Shown: positions 12,030-25,502 of the stretch, one piece after another
Layout of the letters: each line of letters starts with the position of its first letter
Position numbering within the stretch: position 1 is the stretch's first letter
Assembly: GCF_001194135.2 (NCBI RefSeq)
Contig: NC_068983.1
Location: 77,500,451-77,548,084 of the forward strand
Direction: 5' to 3'
Origin: Octopus bimaculoides
Lineage: Eukaryota
DNA length: 47,634 nucleotides
Translations under genes and position numbers: made by a program
Notes under the pieces: generated by a model
Seen by the model: the letters and a program-made list of their open reading frames with translations, nothing else
The model's database searches: none
What the model was told of the DNA's origin: nothing

Positions 12030-13730
12030 TGAAGATTTGAGAACGAAAGAGCTCACGAGGAATATTGGACAGAGCATACAATCGTAGAAAACAGGGGGAG
12101 TGAGGGAAAGACAGAAACGAACTGCAAATGAAATATAACATAAGACACAGATGTCTGCAAGTAGTTAAAGAAGGACTGTAGCGAAAATCAGCTGTGTTGG
12201 GAAAGTGGACAGATACCAACAAAGAACAAATCAGTTCCAACAGAGTAGTCTCGTCAAGAATACAAAAACAGCGAAACAAAATCCTACAAACCACTGCACA
12301 ATGAATAGAATCATCAGGTAAATGATATGTCAGATGCTGAAGCGGCAAGAAAAATATGTGCAGAAATCTAGTGCAATGGCCGACATAATATTAGACAGGT
12401 TTCGGGAATTTAAAAGAGAAATAGAAGCCAAAGTGACACAAGAAAATATAACAATCATGGATAGGGAAATGAAAGAGATAATAAAAAATAACCTTGTAAA
12501 GACCCCAGACTAGAAAATGTCGAGAGATTCTGGCTCAAAGACCTCTGAAGTATACACAGTAATATTTGACCATTCCTTTACTGATTATACAGAAAATGGA
12601 ACTCCGACAGGATGATTAAAGAAAGGTCAGTGTTGATACATACAGAAGGACAAAGAAAAGAGGAGAAGTTAGCAATTTTAGACTTATTACTTGCTTACCA
12701 TCACTCTGGAAACTTCAACAAGTTTCATAGCAGATGAAGTTTATAACTTTCTGGAAAATGACCACCTACTGCCTTAAGAGCAGAAACGATGTAGGAAGAA
12801 ATCTATATGAACTAATAACCTGCTATACATAGACAGCAGAAAACTAATTCATGTACGAGCAAGGAGGAGGAATTTAGATATATATGGATAGGCTACAGGA
12901 AGGCCTTCGACAATGTCTCACACAAATATCTCTTGGTATTTCTGAGGACGCTCGGAATCACTCGGAAGATAAACACAGCTTTAGGGAATGCAATATGAGT
13001 GATGGAAGTAGAACTGACGTATACGATTGAAATGGTAGGTAACAGGAAAATACGCAGGAGCATTTTCCAAAGAGAGTCGCTCTCTCTCTTTCTCTCTACC
13101 TCACTCTCTCTCTCTACCTCACTCTCTCTCTACCTCACTCTCTCGCTCCCTCTCTCTCTCTCTCTCTCTCTCGCTCTCTGCCATTACTCTTCGTCATCCA
13201 CAAAACTCAGTCAGACAGGAAATTTGCAGGAAATGAGATGAAAGTACCAGTTACATTCTGAGTGAGTACCGTATAATAACACAAAAATAGTATAAGCGCA
13301 GACATGATTGTGTGGGTAAAATAGTTCATTGGGATGCACGACCGGGCTTCAAAACAACAGAAAAGCTGTATGAGCACGAACAAGACAGAGCGATAAAAGA
13401 ATTACCAGGTCTTGTAGAACTTTCACATAAAAACTGAGTAATATTGAAACAAGAAGACCAAGTATGATTATTGAGGATAAAATAAACAGTGTAAGATCAG
13501 AGACGTCGCAACTTCCTGTGATAGCAGTGCCGATACCAAAAAAATAGCATAATAGAGTAATATCAGGATCTAGGCAAGAAAACTGAGCAGACTCTAGTAG
13601 ATCAAGGCCACAACTATTCCTGTAGTAATAAGTGCACTTAGATTGGAATTGAAACTCGTATTGTCAACCTACAAAGAGTACCATCCTGTATTCTACAAGG
13701 ATCTTAAGACAGATTCGTGAGATTTGAGGA
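12030..13730 (+). mobile_element. R4/Dong-clade LINE (RT plus restriction-like endonuclease), decayed and internally deleted
   Basis: Fragments in order: RLITCLPSLWKL, EQKRCRKKS, WIGYRKAFDNVSH, RSIFQRESLS (RT domain 4, GIFQGDSLSP), CRK*DESTSYILSEY...YKRRHDCVGKIVHWD (CCHC finger and RHD), KYQDL, ILYSTRILRQIREI*. Confidence 0.85.
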
Positions 13731-14029
13731 GATTTTTTTTCAATAAACATCAAAATAAAACGAATATTAAGTTTTTGCTCCCATAAAAAATATTTTAAAG
13801 TTTGTCTGCAATATATAAATGCATAAATGATAAATAAACATATTTCATCCGCTATAGTATCTGAGAAAAAAAATCCCTGACCTAGAGATAACTTATGACC
13901 GAAAGAGACTAGCAGATTTCAAAACAGACCATCCCAGGACGTTTAAAATAAACAATAGATGTCACAAATGTTATTTTTGACCGAAAAAAAAATTTCAAAT
14001 ATGAATATAATAAAACCAAGTAAATTTCT

Positions 14030-14800
14030 AGATTCAAAAGAAAAAATATATATAACAACTACAAGAAAATGTTTCGCATAGAATTTTGAAGGGCAGAACC
14101 CGAATTAGAATTACCTAAACGAACAGTGATTACTAGAGAATAGGGAAGATTTTATTCGAAAAGATAAAATGCCAAATATATAAACGTTGAATGATAATAT
14201 GTAATGGAATGGCAGAAATATACAAAGAATTAACATCGATAGATGATTTACGTGAGGAATGAAGAAATAAGCTCACAAATATAAAACTTAACTATAAAAT
14301 GGCAATAATTACAATACACAAATCCTGGCATCGAATTCTCACTGAAAACAGATGCGAATATCTATATCACCTGGATAAGCAAATAATCTATGAAACACTC
14401 TATGTACAGAGAAAAGTAAATCTTCCCTCAGAATTATTCATATAAGAATATCAAAGCAAACCAATAATGTGATAAACAAAATGAAATATATAGAGAAAGT
14501 TAGAAAACAGGAATATCTCTAAAATGTTATTGATTAACAGAAGATAACATAGTAAAATATACCAAAAATCAAAGAATGCTAAGAACAAAAGATCCTCGCT
14601 AAATCGCAAAATGCCAACGATAAAAAGATCAAGTATCATTTCAGCAAACAAACAGTTGACTACAACCCAAAGCAATTGCATCAAAAACTGGGTAAACACT
14701 ATTGGAAATACAGCGCCAATAGTAATGACGGAGAAATATTTTGAAAGGAAAATTTGTCTTAGTTTAAAAATGTTTGAAACTAGCGTTGTAACTGAATATA
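14030..14800 (+). mobile_element. Possible very old LINE N-terminal remnant (R4/Dong-like)
   Basis: A-rich decayed coding-like sequence; GQNPN..LNEQ*LLENREDFIRK loosely resembles the R4/Dong N-terminal EQRLxDQ..I.R motif. Confidence 0.25.
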
Positions 14801-15956
14801 TTATGGTAGGTCACATTGTCAAAGATTAGTATACTATGAAAAATATAAAGAGAGTGTGTACAATAAGAGGTGGTAACATTTCAAACTTATTGTTGGAATA
14901 TTTTCTCGAAAGTAGAAGCAAAAGTAAACGCTAATCTAGGGATTGAACCGAGAAGAACTCGTGGATGACTCACGGGAGATAAACGCACTGTAATCTCTCG
15001 TCTAACGGAACATCAACCTTACAACATTTTTTACCCATAATTTATCTTCCTAATATTATTCTTCACTGTATCAAAATATACTATAGCATTTAAATGAAAA
15101 GCGCAGCTTATTTCCAGTAGAAGATTGGTCTGTATATAACATGATCGAAATACCAGCAGTGTTTCTAACATCACTTCTCACCACTGGCAAACAATAAGCA
15201 TGGGAAAAAATTCGAAAAATTTTGCAAGCCTAGAGAGAAGACTGCAGGAGTAATATACTGTTTAAATTCTGATAAGAATAAATTACACTAAGAAAATAGT
15301 ATGTTGACTTGATCTTCAAAATGTTATGATATATGCAACAGAATGTCTAGAGATATGGAACTCAAAATCAGGTAAGAAATAACATGGAAATTCAACAAAG
15401 ACTATCTAAAAATTTGAAACCTAAAATGAAAACTGTATTCCTCGTTCCTACGAAATATGCAGTAATGAGACTACTTTACGTATAAGAGTTAGGAGCCAGA
15501 ATATATTCGTTAGCATAGTTTTTGCATGCAGATTTTATGATGTAGTCTGTTAAAAGAATTTTGCTCTGAAGCATATGTTGTAGTAATAAAAAGCAGCCGT
15601 TCGTTTTCTCACACCAAACATAATAATTATACATACTTAGGATTGCCGGACACCAGATGCCAACGAACTATCCTTTCAACGTGGCAGTTAGGTGGTTGGT
15701 TGCTTTACCTGGACTTTACGAATGTAGCCAAAACACGAATAGCATTTAATATACTGTATACCATTTTATATGTTGTGGGTATCAAATGATATTTATCTCT
15801 CACTTGATTGAGTACATTTTTGCCAATCCTAGGATGAACAAAATAGTAAACTATAAAACAGTATAACCAGACACGCGCTGTTGGTGATATACTTTTTATT
15901 TTTCAAGAAAGTAGTTTTTAACTATTTATGGTGAGATATGATGAGTATATTTTATC

Positions 15957-16040
15957 GGTGCACTTTCCTCGCAGTGAACTTTCTTCACGGTGAATTGGCT
16001 GTGAATTCTCCTGCAATGAATTGATGGTGATGAACTTACC
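15957..16040. repeat. Short imperfect tandem array of 11-16 bp GTGAA(C/T)T units
   Basis: gtgcactttcctcgca / gtgaactttcttcacg / gtgaattggct / gtgaattctcctgca / atgaattgatg. Confidence 0.7.
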
Positions 16041-16504
16041 TGTGATCATTACATGTATATACAGAGAGATAATGAGAGCGTATTAGCGTGTGCGTGTGTG
16101 TGTGTGTGCGCATCTGTCTGCTTACGTGTATATTCATATCTACACACGCAAACATATATCGCTTTCTGGCTATGTGGCAGAATAGAGCGACTGGGCACAA
16201 AGAACAACAAAGGTCAACAGAAAAACTTCAAATATTTGTGAATCAAATCGGATAAATTAAGAGGTAAGGAAAATAGAAGAGTCCAAAAAACTATCCCCTT
16301 TACGAGGTTTAACTACAATAATCTGAAGTATGCTTGCACTACAATTTTTCAGGTGCTTTAAATATCGTTTGATGAAGTTAACTCTGTGGATATCTGTGTG
16401 TCTGTGTGTGTCTATGTAAATATATACGCACATGTACGCAGCATACACATAAGCACGTACACTCACGCATGTGTATATATACATGTATACGTGCATAGAC
16501 AGTT

Positions 16505-16940
16505 ATATCTTTTATCTTTTCTTATCTATTTGCCTTAATCGTTTGACTGCGGTCATGCTTGGATAATTTTTAGTCAAATCAATCGACCTTAATACTTATT
16601 TGATATTTAAAGCTTGGTACTTATACTATCTAACTCTTCTTGCCGAACCTCTACGTTACGGTGACGTAAACACACCAGTACGAATTATCAAGCGGTGTTG
16701 GGGAACAAACACAGACAAAAAGAAACATGCACGCACACAAATACACACACACATGTATATATATACTTTTATTCTTTTACTTGTTTTAATCTTTTTACTG
16801 TGGGCATGCTGGAGCACCACCTAAAAGGGTTTTAATCGAACAAATCGAACCCAGGACTTATTATTTGAAACCCAGTATTTATTTTATTGGTCTCTTTTGT
16901 CGAACCGCTAGGTTACAGGAACGTAAACACAACAAAACTG
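16505..16940 (-). mobile_element. Two adjacent partial copies (3' halves) of SINE family B
   Basis: gccgaacc..acgttacggtgacgtaaacacacc...aagcggtgttggggaacaaacacagac (16505-16760) and catgctggagcaccacc...gaaccgctaggttacaggaacgtaaacac (16777-16940) are reverse complements of the 3' part of 22930-23312. Confidence 0.75.
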
Positions 16941-16978
16941 GTTGTTACACACACTCATATACATATATATATACATGC

Positions 16979-17009
<31 letters not shown>

Positions 17010-17321
17010 NNNNNNNNNNNNNNNNNNNNNNNNNNNNNNNNNNNNNNNNNNNNNNNNNNNNNNNNNNNNNNNNNNNNNNNNNNNNNNNNNNNNNNNNNNN
17101 NNNNNNNNNNNNNNNNNNNNNNNNNNNNNNNNNNNNNNNNNNNNNNNNNNNNNNNNNNNNNNNNNNNNNNNNNNNNNNNNNNNNNNNNNNNNNNNNNNNN
17201 NNNNNNNNNNNNNNNNNNNNNNNNNNNNNNNNNNNNNNNNNNNNNNNNNNNNNNNNNNNNNNNNNNNNNNNNNNNNNNNNNNNNNNNNNNNNNNNNNNNN
17301 NNNNNNNNNNNNNNNNNNNNN

Positions 17322-17381
<60 letters not shown>

Positions 17382-18439
17382 CACGTTACTAATATGCAAC
17401 TGACAGTTAATTTTTATATTGTTGATAAATTTAACTCTATTTTTGTCTCTCATGCTTTCAGTTTTCTAAATATTTGTAGAGGTATAAATTTAGCAGACAA
17501 TGCACTATAAAAAGAGGGATACATTCTTAGGCAGTATAAGAAAATACCTTTCAACAGATCCATCTTTCCAGTTCAGTAAAATCATGTTGTTTCAATATGG
17601 CTCATGCTCAAATTGTCCTTGAGCAAGAGTTCGCTGGATTTGAATGTAGATTAATTCTATATCTATTGAAAAGTTATAAACTTACAATATGTTACTTTCA
17701 ATTGCAAAGAAGGATTTGTTTCTCATTCACTTAATATTATTTAAACCACAATTACGGACTATGTGGGCTGTGAAAAGATTAACTTAAAATCATTTTATAT
17801 AAGAATGAGACAGAAATGTATATTTAGTAGGTAACTATTAGATACTTCTTGACTCACATTAACACATACGGGTGTAATGGAATGAAGCAGAAGAATAATC
17901 TTAATTCGGTTATTCAATGAGTTTCTTTATATTATTTTACCATCTATATGTTATACATATTCAATCTCAAAGGACATTGTCCAACAGGCAGAAATCAATG
18001 ATTTTCAAACTGAGTTCATTTATCACATATTTCTATCAATATATCGGTTGAAATCAAGGTCTCTTCAGTATAGCTGTTTATATTATAGGTAGTTGTGAAA
18101 ACATTTCGATTATTTCTTTGCTTTCGGGAATACAAATACATCAGAATAGGTTTTCTTTTCTATATTTCACTGAGACTATTCATATATTTCAAAATATCTT
18201 TGTATAAAGGTTTTCCCCCCATAGTTTTTGTTTTTATTTCTATTATTTTTATATAGAAGTTTCTGTACTTTTATACCACATAAGACTTCACACAATTCAA
18301 GAGCAAAGTTGATTTTATGTTGAATGTGATGATTAGCGACTTGATAAATTGGAAACATCTTTTAATCGAACAAGGAAAAAAACTCATCTTTTCTTTTTGT
18401 TTGCAAACTATATGTACTTTTCATCACAATGTGCTATGC

Positions 18440-18615
18440 TCGAGCGTGCGTGTCGGGGGTAAAATTGAACTCACAATAATCCAAGGCTGTGAAAGTTTTC
18501 GGAACATTTATAAACAGGTCTTAAAGCTGTTTCCGGGATATTTTATATATCCCTTCATTAGAGTCGGTGCGAGAATGTGTTCTGTGTTAATTTGTGCGAA
18601 AATCTCTTAATAACT
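18440..18615 (-). mobile_element. Second PLE pseudo-LTR fragment of the 4740-5095 family
   Basis: Hammerhead-like motif and its flanks align with copy 1. Confidence 0.6.
18517..18567 (-). ncRNA. Minimal hammerhead-ribozyme-like motif, copy 2
   Basis: Reverse complement: CC-GACU-CUAAUGA-A-GGGAUAU-AUAAA-AUAUCCC-G-GAAAC-AGCU-UUA-AGACC. Perfect 7-bp stem II; G5 is replaced by A and GUA by UUA. Confidence 0.65.
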
Positions 18616-18930
18616 ACAAAACATTAAGGTTATTAAGGTTATGCCCGGACTTTTGCAAGCTTTTGCGAATGTGAAACAGTAATTCAACAGGAGATATCCC
18701 CTGCTGTGTTAACAGGGAGATATAGCAAATTGCCACTAACTGCAAGTGAAAATATATACACAAGCGGAAACTCACATGGTGAGTCGAAAACATACACTCC
18801 ATATAAAAAGAAAAATCAGTAGCATTAATGACAATTTTGTCTAGAGGCAGACACATAAACGAGATTCAATTTGATTAAGGGTAACTGGGAGCATGCAGGT
18901 ACTAGTAAGTCTCATTTTGCAACCTGTACT

Positions 18931-19125
18931 ACATAGAGGGGACCGACAAAGAGATTAAGTCGATCACATCGACCGCAGTGTGTAACTGGTACTTAATTTA
19001 TCGACCTCGAAAGGATGAAAGGGAAAGTCGACCTCGGCGGAATTTGAACTGTGAACGTAACGGCAGACGAAATACCGCTAAGCATTTTACCTGGCGTGCT
19101 AAAGTTTCTGCTAGCTCATCGCCCT
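18931..19125 (-). mobile_element. tRNA-derived SINE family A
   Basis: Minus strand reads gcgatgagctagcagaaactttagcacgcc (A-box-like) ... cagttcaaattccgccgaggtcgac (B-box-like). Confidence 0.85.
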
Positions 19126-19777
19126 TACGTCCAAAACAATATTATCAACATGAAAGCAAATGAGAATATGAGCAAAAAAGAATACATAAAGCTATCCGTA
19201 TAACTTCTACACATATAAAATAATTACTTAATCTGAAAACAAGTTGAAGTTGACAGTGGAATAATATTCATTATCAATAACTCTAGCATAGCTTACATAC
19301 ATGATGATAGGTACAATCGACGTAAATGTAATAGCATGATATTTGGTTTCTTGCACATAACGTGACTTCCCTTAGAAATTAATTTGGTTACAGGCAAACG
19401 ATTATTGTATTTTTATAGCATTAAAGTATGTGGTTCAATACATATAAACAAATATGGCTACACATCTACTGATTATGACGAGTGTATTATATACACAGTA
19501 TTAAATATTTAATGAGTCAAAAGAAGATACTATTGAACTTCCGAGGAGTGAAACAATGGCACTCCTTACAGCAGTACTTGTAACACAATAGGCGAGTGGA
19601 AAAATATCCGTCTCGTAGGTATTTTTTAATATAAATAAATGTGTGCTTAGATTCACATCTCAGAAATATGCGTGGAACTCATGGCAGATGGTAAGTAACA
19701 GATCAGGAGTTAAATAATATGACGACATTGTGAGTGGCTGGTTTCACTCTAATAAGACAACTTCATGTTATGAGACC

Positions 19778-20134
19778 TCGAGGGTTCCAGTTGATCCGAT
19801 CAACGGAACAGCCTGCTCGTGAAATTAACGTGCAAGTGGCTGAACACGACACAGACACGTGTACCCTTAACGTAGTTCTCGGGGATATTCAGCGTGACAC
19901 AGTGTGACAAGGCTGACCCTTTGAATTACAGGCACAGCAGAAACAGGAAGTAAGAGTGAGAGAAAGTTGTGGTGGAAGAGTACAGCAGGGTTCGCCACCA
20001 TCCCCTGCCGGAGCCTCGTGGAGCTTTAGGTGTTTCCGCTCAATAAACACTCACAACGCCCGTTCTGGGAATCGAAACCACAATCTTATGACCGCGAGTC
20101 CGCTGCCCTAACCACTGGGCCATTGCGCCTCCAC
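19778..20134 (-). mobile_element. tRNA-derived SINE family C, near full length, with probable 12-bp target-site duplication
   Basis: Minus head gtggaggcgcaatggcccagtggttagggcagcggactcgcggtcataagattgtggtttcgattccc has A and B boxes. Flanked by tgttatgagacc (19766-19777) and tgtaatgagacc (20135-20146). Confidence 0.9.
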
Positions 20135-20789
20135 TGTAATGAGACCAACTCGGTTGATATACATGAAACTTTGGCTCACTGGTGTTTAGAATTTACATTC
20201 ATTTACAAAACTTACCTTACGCAGAATACTTAATTAGACACAAAAATCCAAAATCGAATTACACAATGAATATATAAAAAGAATCAAAATATCAATGAAA
20301 TTTAGGGGTTTCAAGAGGTTTCCTGTCTTTATATTTAGATCAATAAATATCTGAATGCATCTTTAATTCCGAAATAGAAGATTAATGGTTTCGTTATTGT
20401 TTATCTTTTATAAATTCATTCTGAGGAATAATTTTAATTCATTCATTGGAGATAAATACGAAATTATTATAACAAAACTGATTGCTTCCTTTCTAGATAT
20501 AGTCTATTGGAGACACAGAGAAAAACAGGTGGTTACATATAAACACAGACACTAATGCACGTAGCCATATAATTTACTCAGACTCACACACACATACACA
20601 CACACATATATATACAAGTACGTACAGATGTGTGTACACACAGACATACGAACACGTTTATATATGTATCAATGTTGGTATATATATTTGGGTGTATATA
20701 TCTACGAGTACATGTGTGTCTGCCGTTTCATTGTGCAAACAAATATATATTATATCTGTTTCCATGCATACATTGTTGCCCATCCATTA

Positions 20790-20819
20790 TGCATAGTTGC
20801 TACTGTATATACATACATG

Positions 20820-20872
<53 letters not shown>

Positions 20873-20882
20873 NNNNNNNNNN

Positions 20883-20920
<38 letters not shown>

Positions 20921-21095
20921 GTGTGTGTGTGTGTGTGTGTGTATGTGTGTGTGTATATAGATAGATAGATACATACATACATACATACATGCATACATAC
21001 ACACACATACATACAAGCACACACACACATATAGATACACACGCACATACAAACGTACATACATACATACATACATACATGGATGGATGGATGGA
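20790..21095. repeat. Compound microsatellite (CA/TA/TG/GATA/CATA/GGAT) around gap 20873-20882
   Basis: Direct reading. Confidence 0.95.
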
Positions 21096-22929
21096 TATGG
21101 AAAAGGATGGAACAATAAGAATTTCAGTTTGATTGAATAAAGGTTTACTTTGAGACAGACGTCGGATTAAGCAGATGAATCCATAAAAAAACTATACTGT
21201 GTAGAATGAATATATTTGTTTAAAATAGAAGATATATTTTATTTGTATTTTTAACCATTTCCATTGCAAAATTTAATTAGATTTTATATTACCATCTTGT
21301 CTTCAAAATCTAATTTTTGGAGGTTTCCTGTTCTATATTCGGCTTGTGTGAATGAATTAATCACAGTTTGTGATCACAATGAGCGAAGTTCTCAGGAAGT
21401 GTGCCACTACCTTCTCTTTCCTAACTACATGAAAAGAAATAGTAATAGGAAAAATAAAATTAGCAAGAGGAAAACAAAGCCAGAAACGTGTCATCTAACA
21501 TTAGACATTAAAACAATTAAATATACAACAAATGCAAGCATAATGGCTTTTATTAATAAAATGTTGGGAGCCATTACAGAGATGTATGAAACATATATAG
21601 AAATTACAGACAAAAGCAAAGTATAATTCAGTTTTGTTTCCGAATATTTATAGAAATTAATTCTGTTTTTGTTATTAAGGTTTTTATTTGATGTGGAAGG
21701 TTTTTATACATTACACTAACTAAAAAGTGTTTTCAGACTATTATGGGTTCAAATGGTACGGAATATTTCTTTGAATATTAGCATTAATTTTTCAAGTATT
21801 GTTCATGAGTGAATGTTTTTTCCAGTTGTGACCACCGAAACATGAAATGCAAGAGATGTTAACTAGTTAGCTGAAGATAAATAGAATATTGTACTTTGAT
21901 GAACGAACACAAAAGAATGCTTTTAGCACAATTCGAATTTACAACATTTCCAGCAAAATGCTAACACTGATTCACTGTGTATATATTAGGTGTCACTATT
22001 AGCTTTATTTGAACTCGCTAAATTTGATTAGGATTATGTTAAGAATTGCAGGTTCTTATAGAGACACGTATGCTTAATGCATTACCTTACATCATTCAGA
22101 AAAGCAAAGCAACCCATAAAATATAATACTGACATTCTATGTGCTATATGTTACCACGTGCAAACTTATCAATATCATCTTTATCATCACAACGGTCATC
22201 ATCTTCTGCAAAATTGATTTCACCTCTTCCCTAATGGATTCAGTATGGCTTTCGGTTTCAAATTTCCCCTATAATGTGACATTAGCAAGCAATGAAGTTG
22301 GCGCTTTATTTAGTGTCAGCCATTTAATAGGTAGTTTAGTGATTAGGTCGTATTTTCTCGGCCACATTGAACTTTTATAAGTTATAGAACATATATAACA
22401 CGCGGGAATATTTCTAAATAAATTATCGTGGTTTCTCAATAAAACCTTCCATTTGACGATGGCACTGAAGAATGGAAGCGGAAGTTTAAACCCATAATTA
22501 TCTTATTTATCTATACACATGGACAAGGACATAAATTACTCAAGAATGTGTTATGAACAGTTATGCTTATTTATTGAATGACCAAAACCGTTGGAATATG
22601 ATGGGTAAAAATACTTGTTCAACCTGTACGATTTTAAAGGATTCTGATGATTTTTTGTGTTTTTAATTATTTACAAAGATACGTGGGTGACATACGATAA
22701 AATTGGAAGAAGAAACTGAAGGAGCTAATAATGATATTTACTAGATAGATGTTCAAATTTCACAAATAATGCAGATTTTAGGACAAATTCCTGAGAATGG
22801 GATATTTTCTCGTAATAACAAATGGTGGAATTGGAGTAAAAACATGTTCTGCCAGATACAGTTCTCTCTCCTATATCAATTGTTCTTTCTCGAACATTTT
22901 TAGTTAAATATCTTTTACTGAATTTTAGG

Positions 22930-23312
22930 AGTAGCTTGCTTACGAACCACATATTCCGGGTTCAGTCCCACTGCGTTGCACCTTGGACAAGTGACTTCTA
23001 TTATAGTCTCGGGCCGACCAAAACCTTGCGAGTGGATTTCGTAGACGAAACCTGAAAGAAGCCCGTTGTATATATATATATATATATGCGTGTGTGTATG
23101 TGTTTGTGTGTCTGTGTTTGTCCCCCAACATCGCTTGACAAGCGATGCTGGTGTGTTTACGTCCACGTAACGCAGCGGTTCGGCAAAATAAACCGATAGA
23201 ATAAGTACGAGGCTTACAAAGTATAAGTCCTGGGGTCGATGTGCTCGACTAAAGCCAGTACTCCAGCATAGCCACAGTCAAAGGCTGAAATAAGTAAAAG
23301 AGTAAAGAGAGT
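22930..23312 (+). mobile_element. tRNA-derived SINE family B, near full length
   Basis: B-box-like ccgggttcagtcccactgcg, core gcaccttggacaagtg, internal (TA)/(TG) microsatellite, and tail ctccagcatagccacagtc...aagtaaaagagtaaagagagt. Several other copies occur in the window. Confidence 0.9.
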
Positions 23313-25017
23313 AACCGAGTGCAACATTTTGGTGTGGAATTTGAATAACAATAGAGGTTGGTGAGATGTTCCCTTGTTCATTAGCATTTACATTTTCGAA
23401 CGTTTTATTGGCCATTTGATAATAACTCTTATATTTAATGAAGGTCATCCAATAATACTTATATGGTATTTGCTTTGTTAGAATATTTAATGGAGTGGAA
23501 TTATATTTCGTAGCGCATAATTCTTCTTCAGATTAATATACACTGCTGATACGGCTTAATCAAACAATTGTACATTCTACGCACTAAAATATAGGCAAAA
23601 AGTTTTAAATAAGTAAACTATAAAAATACCAGTGCCATCACTATAACTTTAGCATATATATCAATACAGCTTACAGCACACGGATGTTCAGATCAAGCAG
23701 GCGATGTTACATCTTTCCGCATTCAATATTCAATTTCAGTACTCCCCTCTCTCTATCTCTAATCTCTTTTAATTATGATTAAGTCAAAACTTATTACATA
23801 GCTATGCTGGTAGCATAATCCTTCTTCTTATACTATCTCCCCCTCTTTCTCTGTCTCCCTCTCTCACTCCCTCTCTCTCCCTCTCTCACTCCCTCTTTCT
23901 CTCTCTCCATAAATATATGAAACTACATCAAATGACGTATGAGAAGTTCAGACAGGTTAGTGCTCAGACGCAAGCAAACAATTTGGACTGGCGATTCTTA
24001 ATGTTATAAAAGGAATTATAAATTATTTAAACAGAGGGGAATATAGATATAATTAAACAGAATAGACAGCAAACAAGGGCACGTTATAGCTCTATTACTT
24101 ATTCAAAGACTGGTTGATATCCGGTATCTTGATAACTTAGTTGGATATCGCAAAGAAAAGAGAGCAGAATCCATGCAAAATGTCACAGTACTTCTTCATA
24201 GATAGGGAGATATCAAGAGGCTTCATAATCTAACATCACGAGAAAGTGGGATCTAGGAAATAATTTACAGTTGTTTCTGGAATGGATCTTCCGTTGACTT
24301 TAAATGACGATCTTAACCCACGTTTGTTCATAATATTGTAACTAATCATGTGCACTAACTCCTACATCTTTATATCTTACTCTAGCTAGGCGTTTTAAAC
24401 TTTGCGACATAGCATAGTTTAATATCAGATCTGAAGACAATCCTTCTTTATATTATACTTTATTAAGTGTTTGTTTACGTCATTAATTCATTGTTAATTA
24501 GTTATACAATAATTCGCCTCTAGACACTACAACACCTTTATAACTTGACCATCTTTTGCTAGCATTTCTATTGACATTGTATTGTTAAAGTTTTACTGAG
24601 GCCCTCGTTCTTTTGCACATATGGGACACTGTTATGTATAGCTACCTAAAGCCCAATCTTGGGAAATTAAGCTTCTCAAAATTAGAAACAAGGACGCTAA
24701 TACGAAGATAATATATCAAAGCCATCACTGCAAGAATTTGTAAAACTTTCCAGAAGTCTACAATTTAACCATTTATAGATATAAATCGAAACATACAAAT
24801 AGAATACATAAAACGAAGCATACAATTCTGGCAATGCACTGACTACAAAAACTGCATACATACACACATACATGCAAAATTATCCTCTTGATGTTGGTGA
24901 AATTGCAATGAAAGAAACTCGGATCTAAGTTATAAAACGGCACTTCCTCTATTCTTAAGATATATTGAAATGAAGTTGATTTACGACATACATACGCACT
25001 CATGTATGTAGGCACAT

Positions 25018-25072
<55 letters not shown>

Positions 25073-25502
25073 NNNNNNNNNNNNNNNNNNNNNNNNNNNN
25101 NNNNNNNNNNNNNNNNNNNNNNNNNNNNNNNNNNNNNNNNNNNNNNNNNNNNNNNNNNNNNNNNNNNNNNNNNNNNNNNNNNNNNNNNNNNNNNNNNNNN
25201 NNNNNNNNNNNNNNNNNNNNNNNNNNNNNNNNNNNNNNNNNNNNNNNNNNNNNNNNNNNNNNNNNNNNNNNNNNNNNNNNNNNNNNNNNNNNNNNNNNNN
25301 NNNNNNNNNNNNNNNNNNNNNNNNNNNNNNNNNNNNNNNNNNNNNNNNNNNNNNNNNNNNNNNNNNNNNNNNNNNNNNNNNNNNNNNNNNNNNNNNNNNN
25401 NNNNNNNNNNNNNNNNNNNNNNNNNNNNNNNNNNNNNNNNNNNNNNNNNNNNNNNNNNNNNNNNNNNNNNNNNNNNNNNNNNNNNNNNNNNNNNNNNNNN
25501 NN

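Noticed and set aside
15641-15690. Peptide DCRTPDANELSFQRG resembling an SH3 ELSF motif
   Set aside because: An in-frame stop follows within two codons, there is no donor site, and the acceptor is weak.
19778-20134. tRNA-like cloverleaf at the SINE head
   Set aside because: It continues into a SINE body with a target-site duplication and has an imperfect acceptor stem; not a tRNA gene.
22154-22229. Minus-strand candidate exon GRGEINFAEDDDRCDDKDDIDKFAR
   Set aside because: Overlaps a GAT-rich low-complexity tract, the acceptor is weak, and the phase cannot be linked to other candidates.
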